Of a DNA stretch of 64,000 bases, positions 1-9,754 are shown piece after piece. The DNA lies in the NCBI GenBank assembly GCA_019651595.1, contig BOYQ01000004.1, forward strand, positions 40,534 through 104,533, read 5' to 3'. This stretch comes from Candidatus Poseidoniales archaeon. GTDB taxonomy: Archaea > Thermoplasmatota > Poseidoniia > Poseidoniales > Poseidoniaceae. The position numbers were made by a program, and so were the translations under genes. Numbering within the stretch: the stretch's first letter is position 1; each line of letters opens with the position of its first letter. A model generated the notes under the pieces. The model was not told the DNA's origin and made no database searches. It saw nothing but the letters and a program-made list of their open reading frames with translations.

Positions 1-1419
1 GGACATCGCTTGAATCAACTGGAAGGACATCACGTCGCCGGCTTGGTGCAGCGCCGTAGCGGCGGCAGAGTCCATGGTTCCCATCGCTTGACCGGAGGGG
101 AGGTGTTCACCCTCACGAGGATCGGTGCGCATCCAAGGCTCAGCACGGCTGCGGTGGCCTTCGTAGCGGGCGGTGTCAACGACAAGGTCGCGAACAACGG
201 GGTGTCCGGGCAGCGGTTCGATGCGAACACGACCGCCATCCTGCGTCAAATCCCCGATTTGTGCGCAATCAGCGAGCACGATGCGTCCGTTCACTCGGAC
301 ACCGGTGGTGGGGGTGCCGGCGGCGCCGCCGCGACGGAACGCCAGGCTGCCGTCGAGGTCGCGCTGCATGGTGATGAGCAGGTCCTGAACGGTAGCGTGA
401 CCGGGAACAGCGCAAGTCAGGGTGTCCCAACCCGATTCACCGGCCTGGGGGCAGTATCGGAACACTTCGAGGGTGATGGTGAGGTCGGCTTTCTCGATGA
501 TGCCGGGAGCGAAGTCGCCCTCGACAACATCGTCATCGTCGCCAGCACCGTAGGCCATCATCTCTTCGAGGAGTTCAACCTGGAGCGTACCGGACTCGTC
601 GACGCAGGCCAGCATGGGGAGGGCTTGCTCGACCCAGATCTTCCAGGGCGGTTCGAAGTCAACGTCACATTCCTGAATGGGGTAAGCCTCGGTTCCGCCC
701 AACGCAGCGAGTTTGTTGTTCCAGTCATGGCCGGCCTTGCAGAACTCGTCGTAGGCGGTGTCGCCGATGGCGCAAACGGAGAAGTGAACGTTGCCCAAGG
801 CTGGACCGTTGGCGTTGATGGCGTTCCACATGCCGTCAGCGTTGTCGGGCATCTCCCCTTCACCCCAGGTGGAGGTGATGATCATGACGCGCTTCATGGT
901 CGCCAGTCGAGCGGGGTCAAATCCGTCCATGTCGACGATGTTGGGCTCAAGGCCGTAATTGGAAGCGAGTTTCGCCGTCTTTTCCGCCAGGCCGGCAGCG
1001 TTTCCGGTCTGCGATCCAAAGAGGATGTTAATCGAACGGTCGCCGGCGAACACCGCGTTGAGGGCGTCTGAAACGCCGGCGGCGGGAGCCACAGCGGCAG
1101 CGGCGGCAGGAGCAGCAGCCTCGACTTCGACCGGCGCTGCCTCTGCGACGGCCTCGGCTGCGGCGTCGGTGACCAATTCGTACTTGATGACTTCAACGGG
1201 ACAGGCCTCGGCGGCTTCGATGATGATGTCGCCCAGCTCTGCTCCGAGCGTGCCGACCAAGGGCGCCGCCAACGTTGCGGTCGAAGGCGCCATCGGTGCG
1301 AACCGCAGCCAAGATGTAGGACGATTCGTCGTGACCTCGAAGACCTCTGGACAGATGTCCTGACAGGCATCGCAGGTAATACAATCTTCGTCAATCCAAA
1401 CTTTTGCGACCGATGCCAT
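1..1419 (-). CDS. Ferredoxin (4Fe-4S) - flavodoxin-like - SdhB/FrdB-like fusion protein; C-terminus lies beyond window start
   Basis: Absent from the ORF track because there is no stop in the window. Hand translation of the minus strand from ATG 1419 is open for 473 codons. It reads MASVAKVWIDEDCITCDACQDICPEVF...EACPVEVIKYE (CxxCxxCxxxCP...CP ferredoxin), then an Ala/Glu linker, then INILFGSQTGNAAGLAEKTAKLA...IITSTWGEGEMPDNA (CysJ-type flavodoxin FMN domain). The last part, LAFRRGG..VRVNGRIVLADC..IEPLPGHPVVRDLVVD, resembles the N-domain of succinate DH/fumarate reductase Fe-S subunits. Confidence 0.8.
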   Translation of the reverse strand, partial: MASVAKVWIDEDCITCDACQDICPEVFEVTTNRPTSWLRFAPMAPSTATLAAPLVGTLGAELGDIIIEAAEACPVEVIKYELVTDAAAEAVAEAAPVEVEAAAPAAAAAVAPAAGVSDALNAVFAGDRSINILFGSQTGNAAGLAEKTAKLASNYGLEPNIVDMDGFDPARLATMKRVMIITSTWGEGEMPDNADGMWNAINANGPALGNVHFSVCAIGDTAYDEFCKAGHDWNNKLAALGGTEAYPIQECDVDFEPPWKIWVEQALPMLACVDESGTLQVELLEEMMAYGAGDDDDVVEGDFAPGIIEKADLTITLEVFRYCPQAGESGWDTLTCAVPGHATVQDLLITMQRDLDGSLAFRRGGAAGTPTTGVRVNGRIVLADCAQIGDLTQDGGRVRIEPLPGHPVVRDLVVDTARYEGHRSRAEPWMRTDPREGEHLPSGQAMGTMDSAAATALHQAGDVMSFQLIQAMS

Positions 1420-1490
1420 GAGATGACCTCTCGCTCACGCTCTGTGAGTGTTCTAAGCGAGCCTTGAGTGGCCTTTGAAGGTTATTGTGA

Positions 1491-1527
1491 AACCACAGGC
1501 TAAACAGGCTTCCTGTGGTTCGTTTTT
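1491..1527. terminator. Hairpin (9-bp stem AACCACAGG/CCTGTGGTT) followed by T5; possible terminator in the thermosome/ferredoxin-fusion intergenic region
   Basis: Inverted repeat 1491-1499 / 1512-1520 and T-run 1523-1527, read directly from the sequence. Confidence 0.25.
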
Positions 1528-1555
1528 GACCTTATTTTGTAGCAAGATTTTGGCC

Positions 1556-3178
1556 TCACATGTGGAAGTCGCCCATGTCACCCATGCCCTCGTCCATCGG
1601 CACGCCTTTGGAGGAGATGACATCGTCGATGCGGAGGATCATGATGGCGGTTTCCGTGGCGGATTGAATGGCTTGTTCCACCACACGGACGGGCTCAACC
1701 ACGTTCGCTTCCTTCATGTCGACCACGCCGCCTTCGTACACGTTGATTCCAGCGTGGGTTTGGCCGTCTGCGTGCGCCTTTCGAAGCTCAATCAGGGTGG
1801 TGACGGGGTCAAGGCCAGCGTTCTCTGCCAGGGTGCGAGGAATGATTTCAAGAGCGGAAGCAAAGGCCTCGATGGCCATTTGTTCTCGTCCTCCAACGGT
1901 CTCGGCGTAGGTTCGGAGGTCGCGGGAAACGGCTGCGAGGACGCTCCCGCCGCCGGTGAGCACGGCGCCGTCTTCCCAAGCGACGGACACCACGCCAACG
2001 GCGTCATCGAAGGCTCGACGAATCTCATCGACCACGTGTTCCGTGCCGCCACGAAGCAAGACGGAGACGGATTTGGCTTCAGGACAACCCGTGATGAAGG
2101 TCATGTCGGAGTCGCCGATCTTCTTTTCCTCGACCCGTGATGCAGCACCGAGGTCTTCGGCGCTCATGTCCTCGAGGTTGGTGATGATGGTGCCGCCGGT
2201 GGCCTTCGCCAGCGCTTCCATGTCAGATTTCTTGGCCCGGCGAATGGCAAAGATACCCTTCTTTGAGAGGTAGTGCTGGGCGAGTTCGTCAATGCCTTTC
2301 TGGCAAACGAGAACGTTGGCACCGGCCTTTTCGATGGTGTTGACCAGGTTGCGAATGTAGTTCTCCTCTTCCTCGAGGAAGAGGGCCAATTGGTTCGGGT
2401 CGGTGATCTGAATCTTCGCATCGACTTCGGTTTTCTTCACTTCGATGGCGGAGTTCACGAGGGCAATCTTGGCCTCGGAGACGCTGCGAGGCATGCCGGC
2501 ATGGACGCGCTCTTTGTCGAGGAGAATGCCGTCGATGAGCGAGGAATCCTTGATGGAACCGCCTTGACGCTTCTCGACCTTGATGTCGGAGAGGTCAACC
2601 AATCGCTCGTCGTCCTCGATCACGCCAACGGCGTTGACGGCTCGAACGCAAATGTCGGCCATGAACGACTTGACGGCGCCGGCTGATTTGCCCGTGAGCG
2701 CTGTTTTGGCGACTTCCTGAAGCACGCCGTCGTCGTTCTCGGTGGAAATGCCATGACCTTCCATGAGGCCGATGGCTCGTTCTGCAGCGAGGCGGAAACC
2801 CTCACAGATGACGGTTGGGTGAACGTTCTGCCCGATGAGGTCCTCGCTGCGCTTGAGCAATTCACCAGAGAGAATCACCGCAGACGTGGTGCCGTCAAAG
2901 CAGTGCTGCTCTTGCGTCTTGGCGACCTCGATGATCATCTTGGCGGCAGGGTGTTCAATGTCCATTTCCTTGAGGATGGTGGCCCCGTCGTTGGTGATGA
3001 CCACGTCGCCCATGGAATCAACGAGCATCTTGTCCATGCCCTTCGGCCCCAAAGTTGAGCGAACAGCATCGGCAACGGCCTTGGCCGCAGCGATGTTGTT
3101 GGATTGGGCCGTTCGGCCTCGGGTGCGTTGGGTACCGTCTTTCAAAATGAAGATGGGTGCTTGTCCGTTTCCATACAT
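1556..3178 (-). CDS. ths: Thermosome subunit (group II chaperonin)
   Basis: ORF 1556..3217. [54 protein letters not shown]...[21 protein letters not shown] is the classic thermosome/CCT N-terminus. ATG at 3178 aligns best with family starts; ATGs at 3217 and 3196 are alternatives. Confidence 0.95.
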   Translation of the reverse strand: MYGNGQAPIFILKDGTQRTRGRTAQSNNIAAAKAVADAVRSTLGPKGMDKMLVDSMGDVVITNDGATILKEMDIEHPAAKMIIEVAKTQEQHCFDGTTSAVILSGELLKRSEDLIGQNVHPTVICEGFRLAAERAIGLMEGHGISTENDDGVLQEVAKTALTGKSAGAVKSFMADICVRAVNAVGVIEDDERLVDLSDIKVEKRQGGSIKDSSLIDGILLDKERVHAGMPRSVSEAKIALVNSAIEVKKTEVDAKIQITDPNQLALFLEEEENYIRNLVNTIEKAGANVLVCQKGIDELAQHYLSKKGIFAIRRAKKSDMEALAKATGGTIITNLEDMSAEDLGAASRVEEKKIGDSDMTFITGCPEAKSVSVLLRGGTEHVVDEIRRAFDDAVGVVSVAWEDGAVLTGGGSVLAAVSRDLRTYAETVGGREQMAIEAFASALEIIPRTLAENAGLDPVTTLIELRKAHADGQTHAGINVYEGGVVDMKEANVVEPVRVVEQAIQSATETAIMILRIDDVISSKGVPMDEGMGDMGDFHM

Positions 3179-3258
3179 GTGTGAGCCCTCCGGCATGGTT
3201 GGCGAGGTTGCCTGCATCTTGAACCCTACGCTTGGCCGGCGTGGGTGGGGAAAACGCC

Positions 3259-3450
3259 TCAGGGTTGATTTTGGTCAAGCCACTGCTGGCCGTAGTGCTT
3301 CCACTGCTCCATGGTCCAGCCGGCTGGGAGGCCCCCTGCTGGCAGAGGCGGTCCATCGTCAGCGGCCGCTGGAGCAGGGGCGACAGGTGCAGGGGCAGGG
3401 GTCCGGCGTTGGCATTGACGTGGGAACCGAAGGCGCCGCAGCGACCGCAC
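3259..3450 (-). CDS. Probable C-terminal cytoplasmic tail of the large surface protein, in a shifted frame
   Basis: This frame reads ..[47 protein letters not shown], far more protein-like than the Cys/Pro tail of ORF 3359..4354 ([15 protein letters not shown]). The frames meet near 3400-3440. Confidence 0.4.
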   Translation of the reverse strand: MRSLRRLRFPRQCQRRTPAPAPVAPAPAAADDGPPLPAGGLPAGWTMEQWKHYGQQWLDQNQP

Positions 3451-4354
3451 CGTAGGTGGCCGTTAGGCTGTCTTCATACCCGTCTTCACCCCACTTGGCG
3501 TATTCGTCTTCCTCTTCTTCGGTTCGCAAGATGGCCAAGAGAATGACGACACCGCCGACAAGAATGAGGATGAACACACCCCACATGGCGATGACATCGA
3601 GTTGCAGGCCGGTCTCATCCGCAGCAGCGTCAGCCTCGCTGTCCATGCGGACCAGCGTGACTTCCATGACGGCGTTGGCGGCATCGCTGACCGTCTCGGA
3701 CCTTGCCCAAACCGTCAGGTTGACCGTGAGGGTGTCCCCGTTGAGGTTCTTGAGCGTGGTTTCGGTGACGTCCACCGTGATGGTGATCTCTTTGGTCTCG
3801 CCGGTGGCCATGGTGAAATCTTTGTCAAGGCGGGCGATGGAAGAGCGGAACCACGAGTTGGACTCGCTGGTGTCCAAATCCATCACAACACGCTGGCCGG
3901 TGGTGTACTGGTTGACGATGCGAACGTTCACCTCTACTTCGCCCTCCTCGGCGACTTCGACGGGTGGAATGGCGAAGATTCTGAGCCAGTTCTGCGAGCC
4001 GACCGTGTAGGTCGCTTGGCCGGTCGCGCTGATGCTGCTGTCGGCCACGCTCGTCGCGATGACCTGCAGGGTCAGTTCGCCCTCCGTGCCGTCAATGAAT
4101 GAAAATTCAACCGAGACGTTGTAGCTGGCACCGATGTCAATTTCAGGCGTGTTGCCGTTGATGAGGCCAACAAAGGCCGCGTTCATACCCGACGGGACAT
4201 TCAGGCTCATGGCAAAGCTGTCCGGGCTGTTCCCGTCGTTTCGAACCTCGAACGACATGGTTTGAGGCAGGTCCCCGGGGATATACGACTGGCCGGTTTC
4301 TTCGTCCGATACGTACACCGCAGCGGTCTCGAGAATTTCGATGATGAGCTCCAC
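3359..4354 (-). CDS. Large cell-surface protein, C-terminal segment with TM anchor (frameshift-separated fragment)
   Basis: Beta-rich extracellular-type sequence, then the TM helix [23 protein letters not shown] and the acidic tail [19 protein letters not shown]. The frame stays open upstream of the listed start (..[25 protein letters not shown]). Confidence 0.6.
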   Translation of the reverse strand: MELIIEILETAAVYVSDEETGQSYIPGDLPQTMSFEVRNDGNSPDSFAMSLNVPSGMNAAFVGLINGNTPEIDIGASYNVSVEFSFIDGTEGELTLQVIATSVADSSISATGQATYTVGSQNWLRIFAIPPVEVAEEGEVEVNVRIVNQYTTGQRVVMDLDTSESNSWFRSSIARLDKDFTMATGETKEITITVDVTETTLKNLNGDTLTVNLTVWARSETVSDAANAVMEVTLVRMDSEADAAADETGLQLDVIAMWGVFILILVGGVVILLAILRTEEEEDEYAKWGEDGYEDSLTATYGAVAAAPSVPTSMPTPDPCPCTCRPCSSGR

Positions 4355-4418
4355 GGAATCGTAAACCGATTCATCGTCAACGCTCGTGGCGGTTACGGTG
4401 ACGGGTAGTAGCCCGGGT

Positions 4419-6587
4419 TCAGCCCGATGGGCATGGCCAGTTGGACGACCACGGTGGTTTCGCCGTCCCAGGCGTCAAGCACCGGAGATTGGTCGGCCGG
4501 AAGGGAGGCTTGAGGCGCCAGTTGCTTTGGCCGATGCTCAGGTTGTATTGCTCGTCGTCGTTGCCGAGGTTGAAGAGGTTCAGATAAAGAGACTTGGAGA
4601 TCCCGTTGGCTGCGCCAGTGAACGTGTTCTCCTCAGCCACGAGGTCAACGTGGCGAAGGACGGGCACCTCGATGTTTCGAACCAGCACGTCGGTGCCGAA
4701 CAGCGCCGTGCTGCACGAGGGGCAGGTCGCTCGCAGGTTGAACGAGACCGTGCCGGGGTTGGCAAGTTCGGGCGAGGAAAGGTTGAGCACCAACTCCACC
4801 CGCTGACCCTTGTACAGCGTGATGGGGTTGGGTTGGATCACGCCCGTTTCGTTTTGGATGAGGCCCAGCCAGCCCGAGTTGTCGGAGAATGTCGTGGCGA
4901 GGTTGAACGCAGCGTCGCGGTTGCCAGTGTTCTGGAGACGGAAGTTCACGAGGCCGTAATCATCGGGGCCGATGGTGGCGGCAACGAGCGGAACCGAGGA
5001 GGTCAGGGCCACGCTGAATTGTTCGCTGACGGCCAAATCCATGCCCAATCGGGCCTTTTCACCGAGTTGAGCACTGCTGGCGTCGGTGAGCCAGAGGTTC
5101 CAGTCCTGTTGCTGAACCTCGGCACCGGCGGGCACCGTGAGGTTGGCCCAGAACTCGACCGTCTTGCCCGCACCCAACGGCGGCATGATGACGTTCGTGC
5201 CGTGGTTGTTGCTGCCCTCGATGTCCATGCGAATGATGGGGTAGGGTGCCATCCAGGAATCGTTGGTGACGTTGGTTTGGAGACGAATGGTGGCGGGGGC
5301 ATAGCCGTTGTTGGTCAGGGTGCAGTAGAGCGTGGCCATCTGATTGGGGGCGATGGTGTAGCCGTTGAGCGGGTTGTCACACTGCATGTCAACGGTGTAA
5401 TCGGTGACGCGGCTCACACCGAAATGGACGAAGTCGTCCACGTGGAACCCTTCACTTGCCACGCTGCTGTCGGAGGTGAAGAGCATGGAGAAGGTGTAGG
5501 AACTGCCGCCAAGGAAGACCTCAGGGTTGGCGAGGTTGGGGATTTGCTCCCACGTAACCTGCGGGTCCCACGACAGGTTGGTCCACTGGCCGGGAGCGGC
5601 GCTGGGGTTACCCTGAGCGATGTCCCATGAAATGGATTCGAACGGGTCATCAATGTTGCCGGATCCTCGCCAGAGTTCCATGGAGACTGAATCACCGGCG
5701 GCCATGCTGCCCCAAGCCTGAATGTGGAATTGGCTCGAGACAAACTCGTTGGAGTAGAAGAGCATTCTGCACAGCCACGTTTGGTAGGTCTGACTCATGC
5801 CGGCGTCAAGCACGTCGGTGTCACATTGACCGCCTGAGGCACCAACGCGGGCGTGGACCAGGCGAGTGGCCTCAGCGTTTGACGGGTAGTTGCTTCCGGG
5901 GGTCGAGTGGCGGAAATGCTCGGAACCGGCGGCGCTTGCGGTCGCATCGGTCTGCCAGGAACCGCCTCCAGTGGCGTCGCCGCCGTCAGCAGGGTACTTG
6001 GCCGAAATAAAGCCGGGACCTTGACCTTGGAACCCGTCCATCTCGTCGGCGACGACGGCCACGGGGACGGTTTTGTCTCGCTGGTCGTTGGCGTTCTTGT
6101 CGTCGTCGGCAAAGTTGACCGTCGCCCGAACGATGAGACCACCGGACAAATCGTTGGTCGAGGTGTTGAGAACGGAGTGGGCTGCGGAGGGCGACCACAC
6201 GAACACGTGATTGTAGGACTGCCCGCCGGTCAGGGGGTTGGTGGTGAAATCAAAGGATTCCATCACGAAGCCGATGGGGTGAACGATGTCCACGGAAACG
6301 GGGGCAGCATCACCGATACCCGAGGCCCCGAAACGCTGGACGGCCACCGTGACTTCGATGTTCTCGTCCATGAAGACGTAATCCATCACCGTCCCGTCGG
6401 ACTGAACCCACTGAGAGGCCGCCACGGTAGCGTTGCCCAGCGAGATGGATTTGACCGTGAAGTCGTCGTTGGTGCCGCCTCGCCCGGAAGCGGCTTGAGC
6501 GGGAACGACCATGTTCATAGCGAGGGTTTGCATCAAGAGCAGCACGACAATGGTGAAGGGCATCATTCGGCGCATGGACATCAGCAT
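4419..6587 (-). CDS. Large secreted cell-surface protein, N-terminal segment (frameshift-separated fragment)
   Basis: Signal-peptide-like MLMSMRRMMPFTIVVLLLMQTLAMNMVVPAQA at ATG 6587. Long Thr/Ser/Asn/Gly-rich sequence with many N-x-S/T sequons. The C-terminal end continues in two other frames across 4400-4520 into ORF 3359..4354. Confidence 0.65.
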   Translation of the reverse strand: MLMSMRRMMPFTIVVLLLMQTLAMNMVVPAQAASGRGGTNDDFTVKSISLGNATVAASQWVQSDGTVMDYVFMDENIEVTVAVQRFGASGIGDAAPVSVDIVHPIGFVMESFDFTTNPLTGGQSYNHVFVWSPSAAHSVLNTSTNDLSGGLIVRATVNFADDDKNANDQRDKTVPVAVVADEMDGFQGQGPGFISAKYPADGGDATGGGSWQTDATASAAGSEHFRHSTPGSNYPSNAEATRLVHARVGASGGQCDTDVLDAGMSQTYQTWLCRMLFYSNEFVSSQFHIQAWGSMAAGDSVSMELWRGSGNIDDPFESISWDIAQGNPSAAPGQWTNLSWDPQVTWEQIPNLANPEVFLGGSSYTFSMLFTSDSSVASEGFHVDDFVHFGVSRVTDYTVDMQCDNPLNGYTIAPNQMATLYCTLTNNGYAPATIRLQTNVTNDSWMAPYPIIRMDIEGSNNHGTNVIMPPLGAGKTVEFWANLTVPAGAEVQQQDWNLWLTDASSAQLGEKARLGMDLAVSEQFSVALTSSVPLVAATIGPDDYGLVNFRLQNTGNRDAAFNLATTFSDNSGWLGLIQNETGVIQPNPITLYKGQRVELVLNLSSPELANPGTVSFNLRATCPSCSTALFGTDVLVRNIEVPVLRHVDLVAEENTFTGAANGISKSLYLNLFNLGNDDEQYNLSIGQSNWRLKPPFRPTNLRCLTPGTAKPPWSSNWPCPSG

Positions 6588-6652
6588 CCTTGGCGAACAC
6601 GATGGAGCATAAGAAGGTCGCCTTTTGATGGGCGAGGGGACCGAATCGGAAA

Positions 6653-7903
6653 TCACCGTTCTTCGTCCGGCTGCAGGCCGAATCCACGAATCACCGGCTC
6701 GTCATGACCGGGCTTGCGAGCGTCAGCCTCGGGTGTCGAGGTGGAAACCCGTTGCGCCAGCCCGTCGAAGTCCAGGTCGTCCACCATGGAGGACGTGTCT
6801 TGCTTGGTTTGAGGCAGCGGAGGGTCTTGGTGGGCCACGGGAACGACGACCTGTTGGACCACGGCCGGCGTGTAGGTCGGTGTGGTGGGGGTTGCCGATG
6901 CCTGGGCGACGTCAGCAGCGATTTGGTCCAAACCGGCTGAAAGGCTGTCGATTTGGTCTTGGGTGTCGTCACGAACAGAACTCACACCGGGACGCATCCA
7001 CGCCGGCGGTTCACCCGCTCCACCGCCCAAGACGGCCAGCGTCGTGAAGGCGGCCATCGGCATGACCGCCAACGCCGTGAGGAGGTTCAGGAAGGACGTT
7101 TCCGGGGTTGAGCCGGCCGAGATCAGCGATTCGAACAGTTGTTGTTCAAAGGCGATGTTGAGGGCAACGTCCTCGCCAAGTGCCCGCTGAACGATGTAGG
7201 ACGATAGCTGGCCCATCGACCAGAGCAAAAACACGGGAAAGGCCCATGAAATACGGAGCGTGTTGCCCAGAAATTTTCGGCCCAGCGAGGCCACGGTGAT
7301 GTAGCGACGGGCAAATCCTGGGAAAATACGGATGGACAGGTAGAGGCACATGGCGTAAAGCAACAGCGCCAGTTCCAACTGACGGTTTTGGTGGACCACC
7401 CCCTCGGGAAACATCAGCACCAGCGATAGTGGAATCGTGGCCAAGAGCACCTGAAACGGAATCGCCAAAAGGATGAGCGAGCCGCGCGTGGTCCACAAGG
7501 CATGACCGGAAGCAAATCGGTCGTACACCAGGGTCGAGAGTTGACCGTGGGCGGACGCAGCGTAGCGTTGACGGGCTTCGAAACGATGGACCGAACTTCC
7601 CCGGTGACGGGTCAGACCCAGCGCCAGTCGCCAACCGCCCGCCTCAATCACCCTCAGCGGGGTGAACCCACCCATGCCGAGCGCCAACGTGAGGGCGAGC
7701 ATGCCGTAGAACAACGAGGCCATGCCGATCCACGGAATCATGTCCACCTCGATGCTCAGGCGAAAATCGCCGCCCTCCGCCGTGAACACGAGCAGGTACG
7801 TCAACCCAAACGCAGCCATCGGGGTGAGGAAAATTTGGCCCAACAACTGCCCGGTGAGACCGACCCGAGCGACCAGTGAACCGACCGTAGCGCGGCCTTC
7901 CAT
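6653..7903 (-). CDS. Polytopic membrane protein, unknown function, with Thr/Pro/Gln-rich C-terminal tail
   Basis: ORF 6653..7978 begins with TTG; the first ATG (MEGRATVGSLV) is at 7903. Multiple hydrophobic helices (LTYLLVFTA, MASLFYGMLALTLALGMGG, LILLAIPFQVLLATIPLSLVLMF, LALLLYAMCLYLSIRIF, WAFPVFLLW). Confidence 0.55.
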   Translation of the reverse strand: MEGRATVGSLVARVGLTGQLLGQIFLTPMAAFGLTYLLVFTAEGGDFRLSIEVDMIPWIGMASLFYGMLALTLALGMGGFTPLRVIEAGGWRLALGLTRHRGSSVHRFEARQRYAASAHGQLSTLVYDRFASGHALWTTRGSLILLAIPFQVLLATIPLSLVLMFPEGVVHQNRQLELALLLYAMCLYLSIRIFPGFARRYITVASLGRKFLGNTLRISWAFPVFLLWSMGQLSSYIVQRALGEDVALNIAFEQQLFESLISAGSTPETSFLNLLTALAVMPMAAFTTLAVLGGGAGEPPAWMRPGVSSVRDDTQDQIDSLSAGLDQIAADVAQASATPTTPTYTPAVVQQVVVPVAHQDPPLPQTKQDTSSMVDDLDFDGLAQRVSTSTPEADARKPGHDEPVIRGFGLQPDEER

Positions 7904-7961
7904 GCGCTCCAGCCAACGCGGACTTTTCTCAAAGGTTGCCCTTGTCAACGGGACGAGGTGC

Positions 7962-8561
7962 CTATTCTTGTTGCACAACGGGTTCGGGGAGCGGCTCCGC
8001 CAATGGATAGCCGTCGGTTATCAGCAACCGCAGGGTGCCGCTGAGGCGCCCGTCGGACCGAGGCCGCCCGAGGTCGGGGCGGGGGGTGCGAGAAAGGACC
8101 GCCCCACACGTGGTGCAGGAAATGGCTTGCAACATCCACGACGGCGTCGGGACACTGCAACAGGCCTCCGTGCGGCTGCGGTTCATCACGGATTGAAGTT
8201 CCACGGCGAGGTCTTTGGTCCAGGGTGCGGGGCGACCGGCGAGGTACATCTGCAAGCGAGAGAGGATCATCCAGGTCGAGGCCACCCACAGACCAAAACC
8301 AAACACGGGCGAGCCCCAGCGAAGGCTGGCAGCGCCAAAGGCCAGCACGAGCAAACCGACGACCAAACTCAGCCAGTAGAAGACCCGCAGGTGAAGCACG
8401 CGCTGGGTCAAGTAGGGCGAGAGCGGAACCGGTTCGGGGTGGGGTGGAAAGCGGAGATTGAACCCCTTGGCTCGCGTCATCAGAAGCGTCGGGAGGCGTG
8501 GACCTACGTGGCCGATACCGGCACCAAGGGAAAACAAAGCCACGACTTCGAGCACGGACAC
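7962..8561 (-). CDS. Small membrane protein with C-terminal Cys-rich (CC..CxxC) region, unknown function
   Basis: ORF with a GTG start. Hydrophobic segments VVALFSLGAGIG, FYWLSLVVGLLVLAFGAASL and FGFGLWVASTWMIL; Cys motif ACCSVP...SCTTCG. Confidence 0.45.
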   Translation of the reverse strand: MSVLEVVALFSLGAGIGHVGPRLPTLLMTRAKGFNLRFPPHPEPVPLSPYLTQRVLHLRVFYWLSLVVGLLVLAFGAASLRWGSPVFGFGLWVASTWMILSRLQMYLAGRPAPWTKDLAVELQSVMNRSRTEACCSVPTPSWMLQAISCTTCGAVLSRTPRPDLGRPRSDGRLSGTLRLLITDGYPLAEPLPEPVVQQE

Positions 8562-8571
8562 GGTTCTCTCC

Positions 8572-9720
8572 TCAGGCTTGTTGAAGGCGCTTCAGGGTGG
8601 CTTCGACCTTGTCCATGCCCCTCGCGATGTCCGCCTGACTGATGGTGTAGGCAAATCGCAGGTGGCCCTCACCCGACGGTCCAAACGCACTTCCCGGCGA
8701 GCAAAGAACACCGTCTCGAAGCAGTTCCATGGCGATGTCTTCAGAATTCATGCCGGGAACATCGACCTTGGGGAAGACGTAGATGGCGCCTTTGGGACGG
8801 TGACACTGGACGCCGGGCATGGCGTTTAACCGGTCCACGATTAGGTTGCAACGCTGTTGAAATTCAGCCGCCATGACCGAAGGGTAATCGTTGGCCTGCT
8901 CCATGGCTTCCAGCACGGCGTATTGCATGGCGTCGTTTGAACACGCTGAAATGTAGTATTGAATCTTCACCACCTGCTTCATGGCCTCGAGATTGGTGGA
9001 AATGATGTAGCCAATGCGCCAGCCGGTCATGGCGAAGGTCTTGGAAAACGAATTGACCACCATGACCTTGTCGTAGCCGGTTCCCATGAAGGAAACATGG
9101 TCCTCCTCGAAGACGATGCGGTCGTAAACCTCGTCGGAGATGAGCCACAGATCGTGCTTTTTTGCAAAAGCGAGCAATTCGTCTCGTTGTTCCTCGTTCA
9201 GCGTTCCACCCGTGGGGTTGCTGGGGAAATTGTAGAGAATAGCGACGGTGTTTTCGTCAACCCGTGCCTCCAAATCGGCCACCTGCGGGATGAATTCGTT
9301 TTCAAACAGGCACGGGTAATACTTCGCCTCCCCGCCCACGAGCGTGGCGTCCGGCCCGTACAGCGGAAAGTAGGGCTCGGGCAGCAGGATGTTCTGCCCG
9401 GGGTTGATGACGGTCATGAACAAGTTGAGCAACGCATTGGTGCCCGACATGGTCATGCAGACGTTGTTCTCGTCCATGCCGGGTTGGTAGTCGGCCCATG
9501 ACGCTGCAATCTTCCTGCGAAGCGCAGGCAAGCCTGCCGTCGTGGTGTATTTGTTGCGCCCGTCAAGCATGGCTTGGTGAAAGGCTTCAATGGCCACGGC
9601 AGGGGGTTGAAAGTCGGGTTCACCCAGCCCAAACGAGATGACATCATCCCCGGCCAAATCGAACATCTTGCGCACGCCCGTTGGCTGAATCGCAAGGGCT
9701 CGGTCGCTGAAGTTGCCCAT
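8572..9720 (-). CDS. Class I/II pyridoxal-phosphate aminotransferase (aspartate aminotransferase-like)
   Basis: MGNFSDRALAIQPTGVRKMFDLA aligns with archaeal AspAT N-termini. PLP-lysine motif NSFSKTFAMTGWRIGY. The ORF track's longer start (9831) runs into the upstream gene; ATG 9744 is an alternative. Confidence 0.85.
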   Translation of the reverse strand: MGNFSDRALAIQPTGVRKMFDLAGDDVISFGLGEPDFQPPAVAIEAFHQAMLDGRNKYTTTAGLPALRRKIAASWADYQPGMDENNVCMTMSGTNALLNLFMTVINPGQNILLPEPYFPLYGPDATLVGGEAKYYPCLFENEFIPQVADLEARVDENTVAILYNFPSNPTGGTLNEEQRDELLAFAKKHDLWLISDEVYDRIVFEEDHVSFMGTGYDKVMVVNSFSKTFAMTGWRIGYIISTNLEAMKQVVKIQYYISACSNDAMQYAVLEAMEQANDYPSVMAAEFQQRCNLIVDRLNAMPGVQCHRPKGAIYVFPKVDVPGMNSEDIAMELLRDGVLCSPGSAFGPSGEGHLRFAYTISQADIARGMDKVEATLKRLQQA

Positions 9721-9754
9721 GGCGAACGGACACCCGTCCTCCATTTGAATGCAA

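Noticed and set aside
10-1071. 353-aa plus-strand ORF, the longest listed ORF in the first kilobase
   Set aside because: It is antisense to a far more convincing minus-strand ferredoxin-flavodoxin gene that is open through the whole region. Its sequence is Gly/Val/Ala/His-rich with no motifs, typical of a high-GC shadow ORF.
4386-5630. 414-aa plus-strand ORF, and similar long ORFs at 14238..15263, 15395..16552, 44986..46077 (minus), 49512..50591, 54035..54910, 62194..63252, 33120..34064 (minus), 24152..24955 (minus) and 20010..20657 (minus)
   Set aside because: Each lies opposite a gene with clear family motifs (surface protein, DUF805, SPFH, tyrS, MBL, membrane protein, ABCE1, sucC, P5CDH, photolyase). 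Each has the G/V/R/H-rich mirror composition expected of non-coding frames in GC-rich DNA.
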